Shown here: one piece after another, positions 40,072 through 56,869 of the stretch | Position numbering within the stretch: the stretch's first letter is position 1 | Layout of the letters: every line of letters begins with the position of its first letter | Assembly: GCF_044647545.1 (NCBI RefSeq) | Contig: NZ_CP172818.1 | DNA length: 64,000 nucleotides | From: Escherichia coli | GTDB lineage: Bacteria > Pseudomonadota > Gammaproteobacteria > Enterobacterales > Enterobacteriaceae | Reading direction: 5' to 3' (one strand) | The notes under the pieces: model-generated | Told to the model about the DNA's origin: nothing | The model's database searches: none | Seen by the model: the letters and a program-made list of their open reading frames with translations, nothing else | Made by a program: the position numbers and the translations under genes

Positions 40072-41311
40072 TCACTTCCATGACATGTGCGACCGTGTGG
40101 AACGAACCACACACCAGCACGGTATCTTCCGCTTTAGCGTCCGCCATTGCGGCATCCCATGCCTGCGCCACGCTATCAAATGATTTGCCGTTACCCAAAT
40201 GCTCAAGCAGTTGTTCTGCCGTGGCACCGCGCGGCCCTTCCAGTGGCGCACAATACCAGTCATCAACCACGCTTTTCAACCAGGCCAGAGTTCCGGCAAT
40301 ATCTTTATCATGTAGCATACCGATAACCGCCAGCACGCGCCCGTTTTTCGGTAGCGCTTTCATACGCCCGGTGAGATATTCCGCCGCATGTGGATTATGC
40401 GCGACATCAAAAATAACGCGTGGCGACTCGCTCACAATCTGGAAACGTCCCGGCAAAATTGCGCTGGCAATCCCGTCGCGAATGGCATTTTCACTGACCT
40501 CCAGCCCGCTGGCACGCAGTGCCGCCAGCGCCGTTGCGGCATTCGGTTGTGGGACAAGCGGCAACGGCAGATTTTCCAGCGTGCCGTGAGCATCGCTAAA
40601 CGTCCAGTCATGATCGGTGACGGAATAGTTCCACTCAACGCCCCGACGTTGTAGCAGTGCACCTTTTTCCTGCGCCACATCAGCAATGGTAGAAGGCATT
40701 TCCGGCTCACCGACAATTGCCGGTTTTTCGCTGCGGAAGATGCCTGCTTTCTCGCGACCAATACTTTCGCGATCTGGCCCCAGCCAGTCGGTATGATCCA
40801 GCGCAATGCTGGTTACTACCGCGACATCGGCATCGACAATATTGGTTGCGTCCAGACGACCGCCCAGCCCTACTTCCAGAATCACCACGTCAAGTTGTGC
40901 CTGTTTGAACAGCCACAACGCCGACAGCGTACCGTACTCGAAATAGGTCAGGGAAATATCACCGCGTGCCGATTCAATCTCCGCAAAAGAGGCGGTGTGG
41001 GCCGATTCCGGCAATTCCTGGCCCTGCACACGTACGCGCTCGGTATAACGCACCAGATGCGGCGAACTGTAGACGCCCACGTTGTACCCTGCCGCCATCA
41101 GAATCGACTCCAGCGTACGGCAGGTGGTGCCTTTGCCATTCGTGCCCGCAACGGTAAACACAAATGGCGCTGGTTTCAGAACGCCAAGACGCGCCGCGAC
41201 CTGGCTCACGCGCTCAAGGCCGAGATCGATAGTTTTACTGTGCAGGTTTTCCAGATAAGAAAGCCACGAAGCCAGAGGCGACGCGGCTTGAGGAGTGCGT
41301 TTGATAATCAT
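40043..41311 (-). CDS. folC: Bifunctional folylpolyglutamate synthase/dihydrofolate synthase
   Basis: 422 aa; P-loop FTVAGTNGKGTT. Confidence 0.95.
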   Translation of the reverse strand: MIIKRTPQAASPLASWLSYLENLHSKTIDLGLERVSQVAARLGVLKPAPFVFTVAGTNGKGTTCRTLESILMAAGYNVGVYSSPHLVRYTERVRVQGQELPESAHTASFAEIESARGDISLTYFEYGTLSALWLFKQAQLDVVILEVGLGGRLDATNIVDADVAVVTSIALDHTDWLGPDRESIGREKAGIFRSEKPAIVGEPEMPSTIADVAQEKGALLQRRGVEWNYSVTDHDWTFSDAHGTLENLPLPLVPQPNAATALAALRASGLEVSENAIRDGIASAILPGRFQIVSESPRVIFDVAHNPHAAEYLTGRMKALPKNGRVLAVIGMLHDKDIAGTLAWLKSVVDDWYCAPLEGPRGATAEQLLEHLGNGKSFDSVAQAWDAAMADAKAEDTVLVCGSFHTVAHVMEVIDARRSGGK

Positions 41312-41380
41312 GGTATCCGCTGATTCGTTACGGTGAGAATAGCAAAAGGGCAGAGCCAGTGGCCCTGCCCTTATCAGTTA

Positions 41381-42295
41381 TCAGGCCTCAGGTTCCTGAT
41401 CTGGTACCGGTGGCACCACTACGCCTTCACGCGGCGCTTCAGGATTCGGCGCTGGCAGATTCATCAACTTCGCCAGAATACTCGCCAGTTTCAGGCGCAT
41501 TTCCGGACGACGGACGATCATGTCGATCGCGCCTTTCTCGATCAGGAATTCACTGCGCTGGAATCCTGGCGGCAGTTTTTCGCGAACGGTCTGTTCGATA
41601 ACACGCGGACCGGCAAAGCCGATTAACGCTTTCGGTTCAGCGATGTTGAGATCGCCCAGCATGGCGAAACTTGCAGAAACACCACCCATGGTCGGGTCGG
41701 TCAGCACGGAGATGTACGGCAAGCCGCGCTCCTGCATTTTTGCCAGCGCCGCAGAGGTTTTCGCCATCTGCATCAGCGACATCAGTGCTTCCTGCATACG
41801 TGCGCCACCAGAGGCGGAGAAGCAGATCAGTGGGCAGTTATCTTCCAGCGCCTGCTCAACGGCACGCACGAAACGTGCACCTACCACAGACCCCATGGAA
41901 CCGCCCATAAAGGCGAACTCGAATGCCGCAGCGACAACCGGCATTCCATACAGGGTGCCTTTCATCACCACCAGCGCATCTTTTTCGCCGGTTTCTTTCT
42001 GCGCAGATGCCAGACGGTCTTTATACTTCTTGGAGTCACGAAACTTCAGCACATCTTTCGGCTCAAGCTCGCTACCCAGCTCCACAAGGCTTCCTTCATC
42101 TAACAGGCTATGCAGGCGATTACGCGCTGTCATACGCATGTGATGGTCACACTTCGGACAGACCTCAAGATTACGTTCCAGCTCAGCGCGGTATAAAACC
42201 TGACCGCAGCTATCACACTTAGTCCACACCCCTTCAGGAATGCTCGCCTTGCGGGTGGGAGTAATGTTGCTTTTAATTCGTTCAATCCAGCTCAT
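41381..42295 (-). CDS. accD: Acetyl-CoA carboxylase carboxyltransferase beta subunit
   Basis: Start at MSWIERIK (304 aa) inside the 332-codon ORF; N-terminal zinc finger CDSCGQ...CPKCDHH. Confidence 0.93.
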
Positions 42296-42450
42296 TAGGG
42301 ACCTTTCTGTCTGAACCTGGTTCGATGCCAGTTTTATCTTTGGGGACGCATAATGCCATTTTTGCCCCCAACAGACCATGAATGTTGCACATTAAAACAT
42401 AACAGCCCGAAACTTTGGATAAAAAAGTGGTCGAACCGCGGAGTTACTTT

Positions 42451-43110
42451 TTATTTTGCGGCGCGTGCCGCAGCGCGTTTGTGGCGAATAAATTCGAAAA
42501 CACCTGGCAATATTGAAACAAAAATAATGCCAACAATCATCAGTTTAAGGTTGCTCTGAATGAAGGGGAGCGTTCCGAAGAAATAACCCGCGTAGGTAAA
42601 AATCAGTACCCATAGCAACGCGCCGATGACGTTAAAAGCGGCGAAATGACGGTACGACATGTGGCCCATTCCCGCAACAAACGGCGCGAACGTTCTGACG
42701 ATCGGCACAAAACGGGCGAGAATAATCGTTTTGCCGCCATGTTTCTCATAAAACTGATGGGTTTTGTCGAGATAACTGCGACGAAAGATTTTCGAATCCG
42801 GATTACTGAACAGTTTGTCACCAAATAACCGTCCAATGGTGTAGTTCACCGCGTCACCCACAATCGCGGCGATCAGCATCAGCACCACCATCATATGGAC
42901 GTTGAGATCGTTGGTTTCCAGTGATGCCAACGCACCGGCAACAAACAGCAATGAATCACCCGGTAAAAACGGCGTTACCACCAGACCGGTTTCACAGAAC
43001 AAAATTAAGAACAAAATGGCATAAACCCAGACGCCATACTCCGCGACCAGTTCTGCCAGATGCACGTCAATGTGCAGGATAAAATCGATGAGGAAATAAA
43101 TCAGGTCCAT
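42451..43110 (-). CDS. dedA: DedA-family inner-membrane protein
   Basis: 219-aa hydrophobic ORF. Confidence 0.9.
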   Translation of the reverse strand: MDLIYFLIDFILHIDVHLAELVAEYGVWVYAILFLILFCETGLVVTPFLPGDSLLFVAGALASLETNDLNVHMMVVLMLIAAIVGDAVNYTIGRLFGDKLFSNPDSKIFRRSYLDKTHQFYEKHGGKTIILARFVPIVRTFAPFVAGMGHMSYRHFAAFNVIGALLWVLIFTYAGYFFGTLPFIQSNLKLMIVGIIFVSILPGVFEFIRHKRAAARAAK

Positions 43111-43192
43111 ATTTGCCTATGCCTTGTACTCGTCATCTATCAGGCTGTAACTACGTTGGCTACAGCCTGAAATGTTCCGAGCATTATTCTCG

Positions 43193-44005
43193 TTAGTCCG
43201 CCAGAAATAGCGGGCCCATTGGCGGTTTTGGAAGATCATACCGGTCAGGGTAATCCACCGCGACCAGATACAGCCCTTCCGCTTTTGCCGTTGCTGCCGC
43301 CAGCGTTCTGTCCTTTGCCGCTAGCAACTCTGCTATCCAGCTCTCCGGCTGGTTGTGGGCACCGACTTCCATCAGGCTGCCGACAATATTCCTGACCATA
43401 TGATGTACAAAGGCATTCGCTTTGATATCTACCACCACATAAGGACCGTGACGCGTGACATTAATATGCATAACGTTGCGCCACGGGGTCCGGGACTGAC
43501 ACTGCACCGCACGGAACGAGGTGAAATCATTCTCGCCCAGCAAGCATTGCGCAGCCCGATGCATCCGTTCAGCGTCCAGCGGTTCGTAAAAATGGGTTAC
43601 CCCTTTACTCAGTACCGCCGGGCGCAGCCGATGATTGTAGATGATGTAGCGATAACGGCGAGCCGTGGCGCTAAATCGGGCATGAAAATCATCAGGTACA
43701 GCTTTAACCCAACGCACGGCGATGTCACCAGGTAAATTCGCATTTACGCCCAACGTCCACGCAGCGTCTTTGCGCTGCGCGGTCGTTTCGAAATGCACTA
43801 CCTGCCCGGTGCCGTGTACACCTGCGTCAGTACGCCCGGCGCAGAAGACGGTGATGGGTTCGTTCGCCACCTGGGAGAGCGCCTTTTCCAGCTTCTCCTG
43901 CACACTGCGTACTTCATTCTGCCGTTGCCAGCCGTAATACTTACTGCCGTCGTACTCAATGCCCAGCGCAATTTTATAAACTGGCGGTTGTTGCTGGTCG
44001 GACAT
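43193..44005 (-). CDS. truA: tRNA pseudouridine(38-40) synthase
   Basis: 270 aa; TruA family. Confidence 0.93.
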   Translation of the reverse strand: MSDQQQPPVYKIALGIEYDGSKYYGWQRQNEVRSVQEKLEKALSQVANEPITVFCAGRTDAGVHGTGQVVHFETTAQRKDAAWTLGVNANLPGDIAVRWVKAVPDDFHARFSATARRYRYIIYNHRLRPAVLSKGVTHFYEPLDAERMHRAAQCLLGENDFTSFRAVQCQSRTPWRNVMHINVTRHGPYVVVDIKANAFVHHMVRNIVGSLMEVGAHNQPESWIAELLAAKDRTLAAATAKAEGLYLVAVDYPDRYDLPKPPMGPLFLAD

Positions 44006-45018
44006 TAGTACAGATACTCCTGCACCAGTTTCTCGGCGATTTTTACTGCCATCAGCGCGCCGCCAAAGCGAACGTTATCGGCCACCGACCAGAACTGAAC
44101 TTGCTCCGGCATACCGTAGTCATTACGTACGCAGCCAACGGAAAGATGCGGCGTACCAGAAGCATCCCCCACCTGAGTCGGGAATTCGTTCTCTTCAGAG
44201 AGCACAATATCTTCGCCCTGAGCAAACGCATCACGCGCTTCTTCTGCTGCCAGCGGACGCAGTGCTTCAAAGTTGACCATCTGGGCATGACCGTAGAATA
44301 CCGGTGCCTGGACGACGCTTGCCGAAATCATCAGCCCTTCGTCCTGCAGGATTTTGCGTACTTCGTCAACGATACGACGTTCTTCACGCACGCTACCTTC
44401 GCTATCCGGCAGTAACGGCAGCATGTTGAACGCCAGCTGACGCCCGAAGAAATCTTCTTCATCAATCGGAATGCCGTTGAGCAATTTCGCACTCTGCCCC
44501 GCTAACGCATCGACCGCTTTTTTGCCCTGGGCGGAGGCTGAAATCAGGCTGGTAACGCTGATACGCGACAAACCGCCCTGATCGATTAACGGTTTCAGTG
44601 CCGCCAGCAGTTGGCTGGTCAGACTGTCCGGTACGGCGATGACATTCCGGTTGCGGTAATCGGTCAGTACAAACGGGTTTACTTCCGGCACCACCAGCGG
44701 TACGTCAGGTTCGAGAGCAAACAATCCGCTGCTATCGATCACCAGGCAACCTGAGTTGGTCGCTTCTTCAACCCAGGCAGCGGTAGCTTCTTTGCCTGCG
44801 ACAAAAAACGCCAGCTGCGCCTGCGTCCAGTCGAATTCAGCAGCATCCTGCACGGTGATTGTCTTACCACCAAAGCGCAGTTGTTCGCCTGCGCTTTCGT
44901 TACGTGCCAGTGCATAAATTTCCCCAACCGGGAACTGACGTTCAGCCAGCGTTTCAAGCAGGGCTTCGCCCACAGCGCCAGTTGCGCCCAGGACGGCAAT
45001 GTTCCAGCCTTCAGACAT
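44005..45018 (-). CDS. usg: Aspartate-semialdehyde dehydrogenase paralog
   Basis: 337 aa; N-terminal Rossmann [16 protein letters not shown]; stop overlaps truA start. Confidence 0.9.
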   Translation of the reverse strand: MSEGWNIAVLGATGAVGEALLETLAERQFPVGEIYALARNESAGEQLRFGGKTITVQDAAEFDWTQAQLAFFVAGKEATAAWVEEATNSGCLVIDSSGLFALEPDVPLVVPEVNPFVLTDYRNRNVIAVPDSLTSQLLAALKPLIDQGGLSRISVTSLISASAQGKKAVDALAGQSAKLLNGIPIDEEDFFGRQLAFNMLPLLPDSEGSVREERRIVDEVRKILQDEGLMISASVVQAPVFYGHAQMVNFEALRPLAAEEARDAFAQGEDIVLSEENEFPTQVGDASGTPHLSVGCVRNDYGMPEQVQFWSVADNVRFGGALMAVKIAEKLVQEYLY

Positions 45019-45083
45019 GGTGGTTTACTCCAGAAATAGCAAAGCTCCCTGCCAATATTACAGCAGAGAGCATGAAGAAGAGA

Positions 45084-46220
45084 TTAACGTGCCGGATGAT
45101 GAACGGCGTTAAAACCCAGTTTACACAGCAATGATGCCGCGCTGGCGTCATCACAAATCACATACAGAGATGACCATTCACGGCGCTCAAGATAGTTTTT
45201 GCGCAGTTTATCGAACTCACCCGGTATCCCGGCGACTTTACGCAGCGGTGCGTCATCGCGGCGCACATCATACACCAAATGCACCAGCCTTTTTAGAGTC
45301 GGCTGATCGAGCGGACCATGCAGCGTAATGCGACCAAACTCTGGCGCGGGCAGTAATGTATCCAGCGCAACGTGTTGTTCATGCCCAATGAATTTGCTAT
45401 AGGCTTCAAACACTTGCGTAGTACCGCGTGCTTTACCTTCCAGGGTATAGCCTGCAATATGCGGCGTGCCGATATCCACTTTTGTCAGCAATTCCACATT
45501 AAGTTCCGGCTCGCCTTCCCAGACATCCAGCACCACGCTTAACTTCTGGCCTTCATTCAGGCAGGTCAGCAGCGCGGTATTATCGACGACTGCGCCACGG
45601 CAGGCGTTAATCAGAATCGCTCCGGGCTTCAGGCTACGGATCAGTTTTTCATCCGCCAGATGTCGCGTTTTGTACGGCCCGTCTTTAAAGAGTGGCGTAT
45701 GGAAAGTCAGAATATCCGCATGCTGAACTAATTCATCCAGCGAGCGGAAATCACCCTCATCTCCACGGTCGGCGCGAGGCGGATCGCAAAGTAAGGTTTT
45801 AATCCCTAACGCTTCCAGTCGTGCCTGTAAACGGCGACCAACGTTACCAACGCCCACGATCCCCACGGTACGCTCGTGCAGTGAAAATCCATCGCGTTCG
45901 GCAAGCATCAGCAGGGAGGAGAAAACATATTCCACCACCGCAATCGCATTACAGCCAGGTGCCGCGGAAAAACCAATTCCCGCCTGCTTTAACCACGCTT
46001 CATCGACATGGTCGGTCCCCGCGGTGGCAGTGCCAACAAATTTAATGGGTTTTCCTGCCAGCAAAGATTCATTCACTTTCGTGACCGAACGCACCATCAG
46101 CGCATCCGCGTCTGCCAGTTGAGCCACGGGGATGGGACGCCCGGGAACCGCGGTCACCTCACCCAAACGGCTAAATAAGTCGCGGGCATAAGGCATATTT
46201 TCATCAACAAGGATTTTCAC
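45084..46220 (-). CDS. pdxB: Erythronate-4-phosphate dehydrogenase
   Basis: 378 aa; D-2-hydroxyacid dehydrogenase family ([12 protein letters not shown]). Confidence 0.93.
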   Translation of the reverse strand: MKILVDENMPYARDLFSRLGEVTAVPGRPIPVAQLADADALMVRSVTKVNESLLAGKPIKFVGTATAGTDHVDEAWLKQAGIGFSAAPGCNAIAVVEYVFSSLLMLAERDGFSLHERTVGIVGVGNVGRRLQARLEALGIKTLLCDPPRADRGDEGDFRSLDELVQHADILTFHTPLFKDGPYKTRHLADEKLIRSLKPGAILINACRGAVVDNTALLTCLNEGQKLSVVLDVWEGEPELNVELLTKVDIGTPHIAGYTLEGKARGTTQVFEAYSKFIGHEQHVALDTLLPAPEFGRITLHGPLDQPTLKRLVHLVYDVRRDDAPLRKVAGIPGEFDKLRKNYLERREWSSLYVICDDASAASLLCKLGFNAVHHPAR

Positions 46221-46318
46221 GTTTGTGTTACCTGTATGAGACGAGAGTTAACCGGACAAGTGTGCCATAATCTCGCGGCCAGGCATACTTGCGAAGATTT
46301 CAGGTATAAGGATACGTA

Positions 46319-48492
<2,174 letters not shown>

Positions 48493-48651
48493 TTACTCCA
48501 GAATGCAGCGCAAGGCGAGGAGTATCCCCGTCTCATCTCTCTGGTTTCAGGGTTACGGTGCGTTGGCAGGATTTAACGCGTACGTCTTTTTAGCAGGATA
48601 TCGACAAAGCGGGAAGTTTGCCTGGAACTGGCGGCGATTGTCAATGATGTG

Positions 48652-48675
48652 AAAAAGGGAACCATCGGGTTCCCT
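48652..48675 (-). terminator. Rho-independent terminator downstream of fabB
   Basis: Stem agggaacc/ggttccct with 4-nt loop, followed on the minus strand by 5 U. Confidence 0.55.
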
Positions 48676-48720
48676 TTTGCGTTAGTGCCGGAGGCCGCAT
48701 TGGTGCGTAACCACTCCGAA

Positions 48721-49941
48721 TTAATCTTTCAGCTTGCGCATTACCAGCGTGGCGTTAGTGCCGCCGAAGCCGAAGCTGTTAGACATAACGGTGGTCAGTT
48801 CGCGATCGGTCGTTTCGGTCACGATGTTCAGACCCGCAGCCTGCTCGTCCAGCTCTTCAATGTTGATGCTCGGGGCGATAAAACCGTGTTCCAGCATCAG
48901 CAGAGAGTAGATAGCTTCCTGTACGCCAGCAGCGCCCAGTGAGTGACCGGTCATTGCTTTGGTTGCAGAAATCGCCGGGCTCTTATCGCCGAACACTTCA
49001 CGGATAGCTGCCAGTTCTTTCACGTCGCCAACCGGAGTCGAAGTACCATGAGAGTTCAGGTAGTCGATTGGGGTATCAACACCGTGCATCGCCATCTTCA
49101 TGCAGCGCACTGCACCTTCGCCAGACGGAGCAACCATGTCTGCACCATCAGAGGTTGCGCCGTAGCCAACGATTTCAGCATAGATGTGAGCACCACGCGC
49201 CAGCGCGTGTTCCAGCTCTTCAACCACTACCATACCGCCACCGCCAGCGATAACGAAACCGTCACGGTGAGCGTCGTAAGTACGGGAGGCTTTTTCCGGG
49301 GTGTCGTTGTATTTAGTAGACAGCGCACCCATCGCGTCGAATTCGCAAGCCATTTCCCAGCACAGCTCTTCGCCGCCGCCAGCAAACACGATGTCCTGTT
49401 TGCCCAGTTGGATCTGCTCTACTGCGTTACCGATACAGTGTGCGGAAGTCGCACACGCGGAGCTGATGGAGTAGTTAACGCCGTGAATTTTAAACGGCGT
49501 GGCGAGGCAGGCAGAAACGCCGGATGCCATCGCTTTGGTGACCACATACGGGCCAACCGCTTTCAGGCCGCGCGGGCCGCGCATTGCGTCAGCGCCGAAA
49601 ACCTGGAAACGCGGGGAGCCGCCGCCGGAACCTGCAATCAGGCCAACGCGCGGGTTATTCTGGTAAGCTTCCGGGGAGAGGCCAGCATCTGCAATTGCCT
49701 GCTCCATAGAAAGGAATGCATAAATGGATGCGTCGCTCATAAAGCGCACAACTTTGCGGTCAATGAGGCCAGTGGTATCCAGTTTTACGTTGCCCCAGAC
49801 GTGGCTACGCATGCCGGAATCCTTCAGCTCCTGAGAGAAAGTGATCCCTGAACGTCCTTCACGCAGAGATGCCAGGACTTCCTGCTGGTTATTACCGATG
49901 CTGGAAACAATGCCCAGGCCAGTAATCACTGCACGTTTCAT
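48721..49941 (-). CDS. fabB: 3-oxoacyl-ACP synthase I
   Basis: 406 aa; active-site Cys context [11 protein letters not shown], His motifs HGTSTPVGD and GHSLGAAG. Confidence 0.96.
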
Positions 49942-49944
49942 TCA

Positions 49945-50010
49945 ATACCTCTGTAAGTCGCACATAGAGTAAGTTTCGCATGCACAATAGCGTACACTTG
50001 TACGCCGAAC
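49945..50010 (-). promoter_or_regulatory. fabB promoter/operator region with FabR-type palindrome
   Basis: Palindrome gcgtaca-ct-tgtacgc at about 49990..50005 and adjacent agtaagtttcgcatgcacaat segment upstream of fabB. Confidence 0.5.
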
Positions 50011-50033
50011 AAGTCCGATCAGCCAATTAATAG

Positions 50034-52106
<2,073 letters not shown>

Positions 52107-52124
52107 TCTGCTCTGGCATTGCTT

Positions 52125-52153
52125 GCCGGATATGGCGTGAACGCCGCATCCGG
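52125..52153. repeat. REP-like hairpin between convergent mnmC and yfcL
   Basis: gccggatatggcgtgaacgccgcatccggac, imperfect palindrome. Confidence 0.4.
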
Positions 52154-52155
52154 AC

Positions 52156-52434
52156 TTACTGCTGTGAGGCCTGCTGAAACAGGTGTTCCCACATATCGGT
52201 TACCAGCGCCTGGTCACGCGGTGACAATTCACCCGCGCCAATGGCTTTTTCCAGACTCTGGCTAACGGTCGTATGTACCGCCTGGGCGGAGTGGTCCTCA
52301 CCACTTTCCAGTTCTGCGATGGCTAATGTCAGGTGGCCACGCAAATACCCACTGGCAAACAACTCATCATCACTGGCATGGTCAACCATACCGTCGATTA
52401 ATGCCAGAATGCGTGATTCAAACTCCGCGATCAT
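52156..52434 (-). CDS. yfcL: Small conserved protein YfcL
   Basis: 92-aa ORF, last gene of the aroC operon. Confidence 0.85.
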   Translation of the reverse strand: MIAEFESRILALIDGMVDHASDDELFASGYLRGHLTLAIAELESGEDHSAQAVHTTVSQSLEKAIGAGELSPRDQALVTDMWEHLFQQASQQ

Positions 52435-52467
52435 CTTCTTTCCTCATTGTAAAACGTGGCGCTGGCT

Positions 52468-53016
52468 TTAGTTGAGCGCTTCCGGCCACGGGAACTGTTC
52501 CGCCGTAAGTTCCGGCGTGTGATAATAATTTTGTAATGCTTTAATGAAGCGTGCCGGACGTTCGGGAATGCCGTTTGCCAGATAATCCATCACCTGCGCA
52601 TGTACCCGCCGTTGAAACACCACACGATCCGGTTCGAAATCCCCTTCCAGATTGTCGCAGCTAACATTAAACGGATATCCCGCCGCCACGCAGAACAACC
52701 AGTCCAGCGCCTGCGGCTTCACTTCAACATCTTCAAACTGACTTTGCGTCTGGGCATCGCGTCCGTCCGGGCAATACCAGTAACCGAAATCAACCAGCTC
52801 ACGGCGCGCTTTCCCGGCAATACACCAGTGCGAAATCTCGTGGATGGCGCTGGCATAAAAGCCATGAGCAAAGACGATTCGGTTATACGGTACTTCCGCA
52901 TCAGCAGGAAGATAGATCGGTTCGTCGTCGCCTTTAATCAGACGGGTATTAAAATCATCGGCAAAGCAGCTATTAAAAATTTCAATCAACTGCTCATAGT
53001 GGTGTGTACTGTTCAT
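52468..53016 (-). CDS. epmC: Elongation factor P hydroxylase
   Basis: 182-aa ORF; stop overlaps yfcA start. Confidence 0.88.
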   Translation of the reverse strand: MNSTHHYEQLIEIFNSCFADDFNTRLIKGDDEPIYLPADAEVPYNRIVFAHGFYASAIHEISHWCIAGKARRELVDFGYWYCPDGRDAQTQSQFEDVEVKPQALDWLFCVAAGYPFNVSCDNLEGDFEPDRVVFQRRVHAQVMDYLANGIPERPARFIKALQNYYHTPELTAEQFPWPEALN

Positions 53017-53824
53017 TAGTTCATCCCCAACCAGTGGAGGATCTCCTGTCCATGGCTATCGTAAAGTAATTTGGCACTCATCACCGCCGAGACGATAACG
53101 ATCATCGGGCGGATCAGCTTTTGTCCTTTGCTCAACACCAGTCTTGACCCCATGCGCGCGCCGAGGAACTGTCCTACCAACATCACAAATCCTGTCGCCC
53201 AAATCACTTTGCCGCCGAGAATAAACAGCAGCAAACCACCGATGTTTGACGTTGCGTTGAGTAATTTGGCGTGGGCCGTGGCTTTGGCGAGGTTGAATCC
53301 GCACAGCGTAACAAAGGCCAGCGCGTAAAACGACCCAGCAGCCGGGCCAAAGAATCCATCGTAAAAACCGACGCAGCCCCCCGCCACCAGCGCAAATGGC
53401 AGTCCATACATCCGGCGCTGGCGATCTTCTTCTCCCAGTTTTGGCATCAGCAAAAAATAGAGGCCGATACAAATCACCAGGATCGGTAAAATCTGCCGTA
53501 AGACATCGGCCTGAACATACTGCACCAACAGCGCGCCGCTCATTGAGCCGACAAAGGTCATGGCGATATTGAGTTTCTGATCGCTTAAGCTAACCACTTT
53601 GCGCCGAATAAAGTAGATAGTGGCGGAAATAGAGCCGCCGCAGGCTTGCAGTTTATTAGTTGCCAGCGCGTTAGCCGGAGACATCCCCGCCGCCATCAAT
53701 GCCGGAATGGTGAGTAACCCACCGCCACCGGCAATCGAGTCGATCAATCCCGCCAGCATGGCGACAAAAAGAGAACTCCCAGCAACAGCGGGGAAACCAT
53801 AAACAGGCTATTAAACGTTTCCAT
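53016..53824 (-). pseudogene. yfcA: TauE/SafE-family membrane protein YfcA, disrupted by -1 frameshift
   Basis: ATG at 53824 overlaps the mepA stop (TAATG) and encodes [19 protein letters not shown], then hits a stop; the long ORF 53016..53759 (MLAG...) is in the -1 frame; the switch is at the T5 run (plus-strand A5, 53766..53770). Confidence 0.7.
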
Positions 53825-54648
53825 TAGATCACGTGCTCATCCAGTAGCGCCTGGCAGGAAGGCGGCAACGGAGGCGGTGTCTTCTTCTCAGGCTTTGTTG
53901 TTCCCGGTTTTGGTGGTTCAAACCAGCTTTGCAGTTCTGCCCCGCAACCATCGCCTGGTGGCGGTAAAGGTTGATCTTCACACTCCAGACTATCGGCAGG
54001 ACAACGTAATCGTACATGCATATGCGCGCGATGCTGGAACCAGGGTCGCACTTTACGTAACCAGTCGCGATCGGTGCCCGCATCAAGGCAAAGTTGTTGT
54101 TTAATCGCCGGATTAACAAAAATGCGCGTGACGTCTTTGTCCTGGGCGGCGAGTTTGATCAAGCTGAAAATTTCTGGCTTCCACAGCGCGGGGACAACGT
54201 GTTTACCGTCGCGGGATACTAAGTCCAGTGCTTGCGGGCGCAAGAGCTGCGCGGAGGTCCAGCGTGTTTTTGGCAGTTGCAGGAAGATATCGACATCCAG
54301 TCCGGTCTGGTGGCTGGCGTGACCGCCGTTGAAACGACCACCAGCAGGCATCCCCATATCGCCAATCAGCACCGTACCCATGCCCAGATTGCTCACCTGG
54401 CGACTCAGACGCTGGATAAACATCACCAGATCCGGATGTCCGAAATAGCGACGCTGATCGGTACGCATGACCTGATAATGTTCGGACTGTATCGGCAACG
54501 TGTCAGCACCGACGATACAGCCATTAGAAAAACTGCCTATCGATTGTGCGCTACCCGGCACAGGTTGGGTTATTTTTTGCCACGGCGTCGCTGCCAGGCT
54601 GGCGCTACTGGCAAGCAGAGCCAGCAGCGCAATCGCGGTTTTGTTCAT
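53824..54648 (-). CDS. mepA: Penicillin-insensitive murein DD-endopeptidase
   Basis: 274 aa; signal peptide; metallopeptidase His motif ([11 protein letters not shown]). Confidence 0.93.
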   Translation of the reverse strand: MNKTAIALLALLASSASLAATPWQKITQPVPGSAQSIGSFSNGCIVGADTLPIQSEHYQVMRTDQRRYFGHPDLVMFIQRLSRQVSNLGMGTVLIGDMGMPAGGRFNGGHASHQTGLDVDIFLQLPKTRWTSAQLLRPQALDLVSRDGKHVVPALWKPEIFSLIKLAAQDKDVTRIFVNPAIKQQLCLDAGTDRDWLRKVRPWFQHRAHMHVRLRCPADSLECEDQPLPPPGDGCGAELQSWFEPPKPGTTKPEKKTPPPLPPSCQALLDEHVI

Positions 54649-54651
54649 TTT

Positions 54652-55737
54652 TTACCAGCGTGGAATATCAGTCTTCACATCGGCATTTTGCGCCCGTTGC
54701 CGTAACAGGTGATCCATTAAAACGATCGCCAGCATCGCTTCCGCGATCGGCACCGCGCGGATCCCAACACAAGGATCGTGACGGCCTTTGGTGATCATCT
54801 CAACTTCTTCGCCAAAGCGGTTAATGGTGCGCCCCGGCACGGTAATACTGGAGGTTGGCTTCAGCGCCATATGGGCAATGATTTGCTGCCCGCTGCTGAT
54901 ACCGCCAAGAATGCCGCCCGCATGGTTGCTCTGGAAACCGTCTTTGGTGATTTCGTCGCGGTTCTGGCTGCCACGCAGCGCTACCACGTCAAAACCATCA
55001 CCAATTTCTACGCCTTTCACCGCGTTGATGCTCATCAGCGCATGGGCGATGTCGGCATCCAGGCGGTCAAAGACCGGCTCGCCAAGTCCGGCGGGGACGC
55101 CACTGGCAACAACGGTGACTTTCGCGCCGATGGAGTCGCCCTCTTTTTTCAGCGCGCGCATCAGTTCATCTAACGCGTCGATTTTGTCCGGGTCCGGGCA
55201 GAAAAACGGATTTTGCTCGACCTGCGACCAGTCTTTGATTTCCAGCGGAATGTCACCCATCTGGGTCAGGCAGCCGCGAATCTCAATGCCAAATTTCTCG
55301 GCGAGATATTTTTTGGCAATCGCCCCTGCCGCCACGCGCATGGCGGTTTCGCGGGCGGAAGAGCGCCCGCCGCCGCGATAATCACGCAGGCCGTATTTTT
55401 GTTCATAGGTGTAATCGGCATGACCTGGACGGAAAACGTCCTTAATCGCACTATAATCCTGAGAACGCTGGTCGGTATTTTCGATCAACAAACCGATGCT
55501 GGTGCCGGTAGTAACACCTTCAAAAACACCGGAGAGAATTTTGACCTGATCCGGCTCGCGGCGCTGGGTGGTATAGCGCGATGTCCCAGGGCGACGACGG
55601 TCGAGGTCATGTTGCAGGTCCGCTTCCGTCAGCGGAATGCCTGGCGGAACACCATCGACGATGCAGCCGAGCGCCAGCCCGTGCGATTCGCCGAAGGTGG
55701 TTACGCGAAAGAGTTGTCCAATTGTGTTTCCAGCCAT
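54652..55737 (-). CDS. aroC: Chorismate synthase
   Basis: Start taken at [20 protein letters not shown] (361 aa) within ORF 54652..55740. Confidence 0.95.
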   Translation of the reverse strand: MAGNTIGQLFRVTTFGESHGLALGCIVDGVPPGIPLTEADLQHDLDRRRPGTSRYTTQRREPDQVKILSGVFEGVTTGTSIGLLIENTDQRSQDYSAIKDVFRPGHADYTYEQKYGLRDYRGGGRSSARETAMRVAAGAIAKKYLAEKFGIEIRGCLTQMGDIPLEIKDWSQVEQNPFFCPDPDKIDALDELMRALKKEGDSIGAKVTVVASGVPAGLGEPVFDRLDADIAHALMSINAVKGVEIGDGFDVVALRGSQNRDEITKDGFQSNHAGGILGGISSGQQIIAHMALKPTSSITVPGRTINRFGEEVEMITKGRHDPCVGIRAVPIAEAMLAIVLMDHLLRQRAQNADVKTDIPRW

Positions 55738-55771
55738 CACGGCTCCGTTATTGTTGTGTTTGCGTGTTTAC

Positions 55772-56704
55772 TTAATCTTTATAAATCGCGAAATGTTCAC
55801 GGGCCGCCAGCAGCTGCTCTTTGGTGAGCATAAACACACCATCGCCGCCGTTATCAAACTCCAGCCAGGTGAACGGAACATCGGGATATTGTTCCATAAG
55901 ATGTACCATGCTGTTGCCGACTTCACAAATCAGCACACCATCATCAGCGAGGTAATCTGCCGCGTTACCGAGAATGCGACGCGTCAGTTTCAGACCGTCG
56001 GTGCCAGATGCCAGGCCCAGTTCCGGCTCGTGGCGGTATTCGTTTGGCAGGTCGGACATATCTTCCGCATCGACATACGGCGGGTTGGTGACGATCAGGT
56101 CGTACTGCACTTTCGGCAAGTCGCGGAACAGATCGGACCGAATAGGAATGACGTTGTGGATCAGACCGTGTTCTTCGATATTCTGTTCGGCAACCGCCAG
56201 CGCGTCGGGAGAGATATCTACCGCGTCGACTTCCGCTTCCGGGAAGGCATAAGCACAGGCAATCGCAATGCAGCCGCTTCCTGTGCACATATCTAAAATA
56301 TGCTGCGGTTGCTTGCTGATAAGTCCGGCAAATTTATTGTTGATCAGTTCACCAATCGGCGAGCGCGGCACCAGCACACGTTCATCGACGTAAAATTCAT
56401 GACCGCAGAACCAGGCTTTGTTGGTCAGGTAAGCCACCGGAATGCGTTCGTTGACGCGGCGGATCACGCGCTCAACAATACGGTGTTTTTCGCTGGAGGT
56501 CAGACGCGCGGTGCGCATATCTTCTGGGATATCCAGCGGCAGGTAGAGCGATGGCAGCACCAGCTGTACGGCCTCATCCCACGGGTTATCGGTGCCGTGG
56601 CCGTACCAGATATTCGCCGCGCTGAAGCGGCTCACCGACCAGCGCAACATGTCCTGAATGGTTTGCAGCTCATTTACTGCTTCATCAACGAAAATTTTAT
56701 CCAC
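55772..56704 (-). CDS. prmB: Ribosomal protein L3 glutamine methyltransferase
   Basis: GTG start at 56704 ([10 protein letters not shown], 310 aa) inside longer ORF; NPPY motif ([12 protein letters not shown]). Confidence 0.9.
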   Translation of the reverse strand: MDKIFVDEAVNELQTIQDMLRWSVSRFSAANIWYGHGTDNPWDEAVQLVLPSLYLPLDIPEDMRTARLTSSEKHRIVERVIRRVNERIPVAYLTNKAWFCGHEFYVDERVLVPRSPIGELINNKFAGLISKQPQHILDMCTGSGCIAIACAYAFPEAEVDAVDISPDALAVAEQNIEEHGLIHNVIPIRSDLFRDLPKVQYDLIVTNPPYVDAEDMSDLPNEYRHEPELGLASGTDGLKLTRRILGNAADYLADDGVLICEVGNSMVHLMEQYPDVPFTWLEFDNGGDGVFMLTKEQLLAAREHFAIYKD

Positions 56705-56869
56705 GTATTCCTCCAGGGCATGATCGCAATAATTTCGGCGGCTAGTTTGCCATGAAGATGACGATAAATCAGCATTCACACGCGGTGAGTGAGGAAAAAT
56801 ACGTTTTAAGCGATCGATTGTACGGTGAGTCGGGTAAACTGTAGGAAAATTAAAAATAGAGACAGATAA

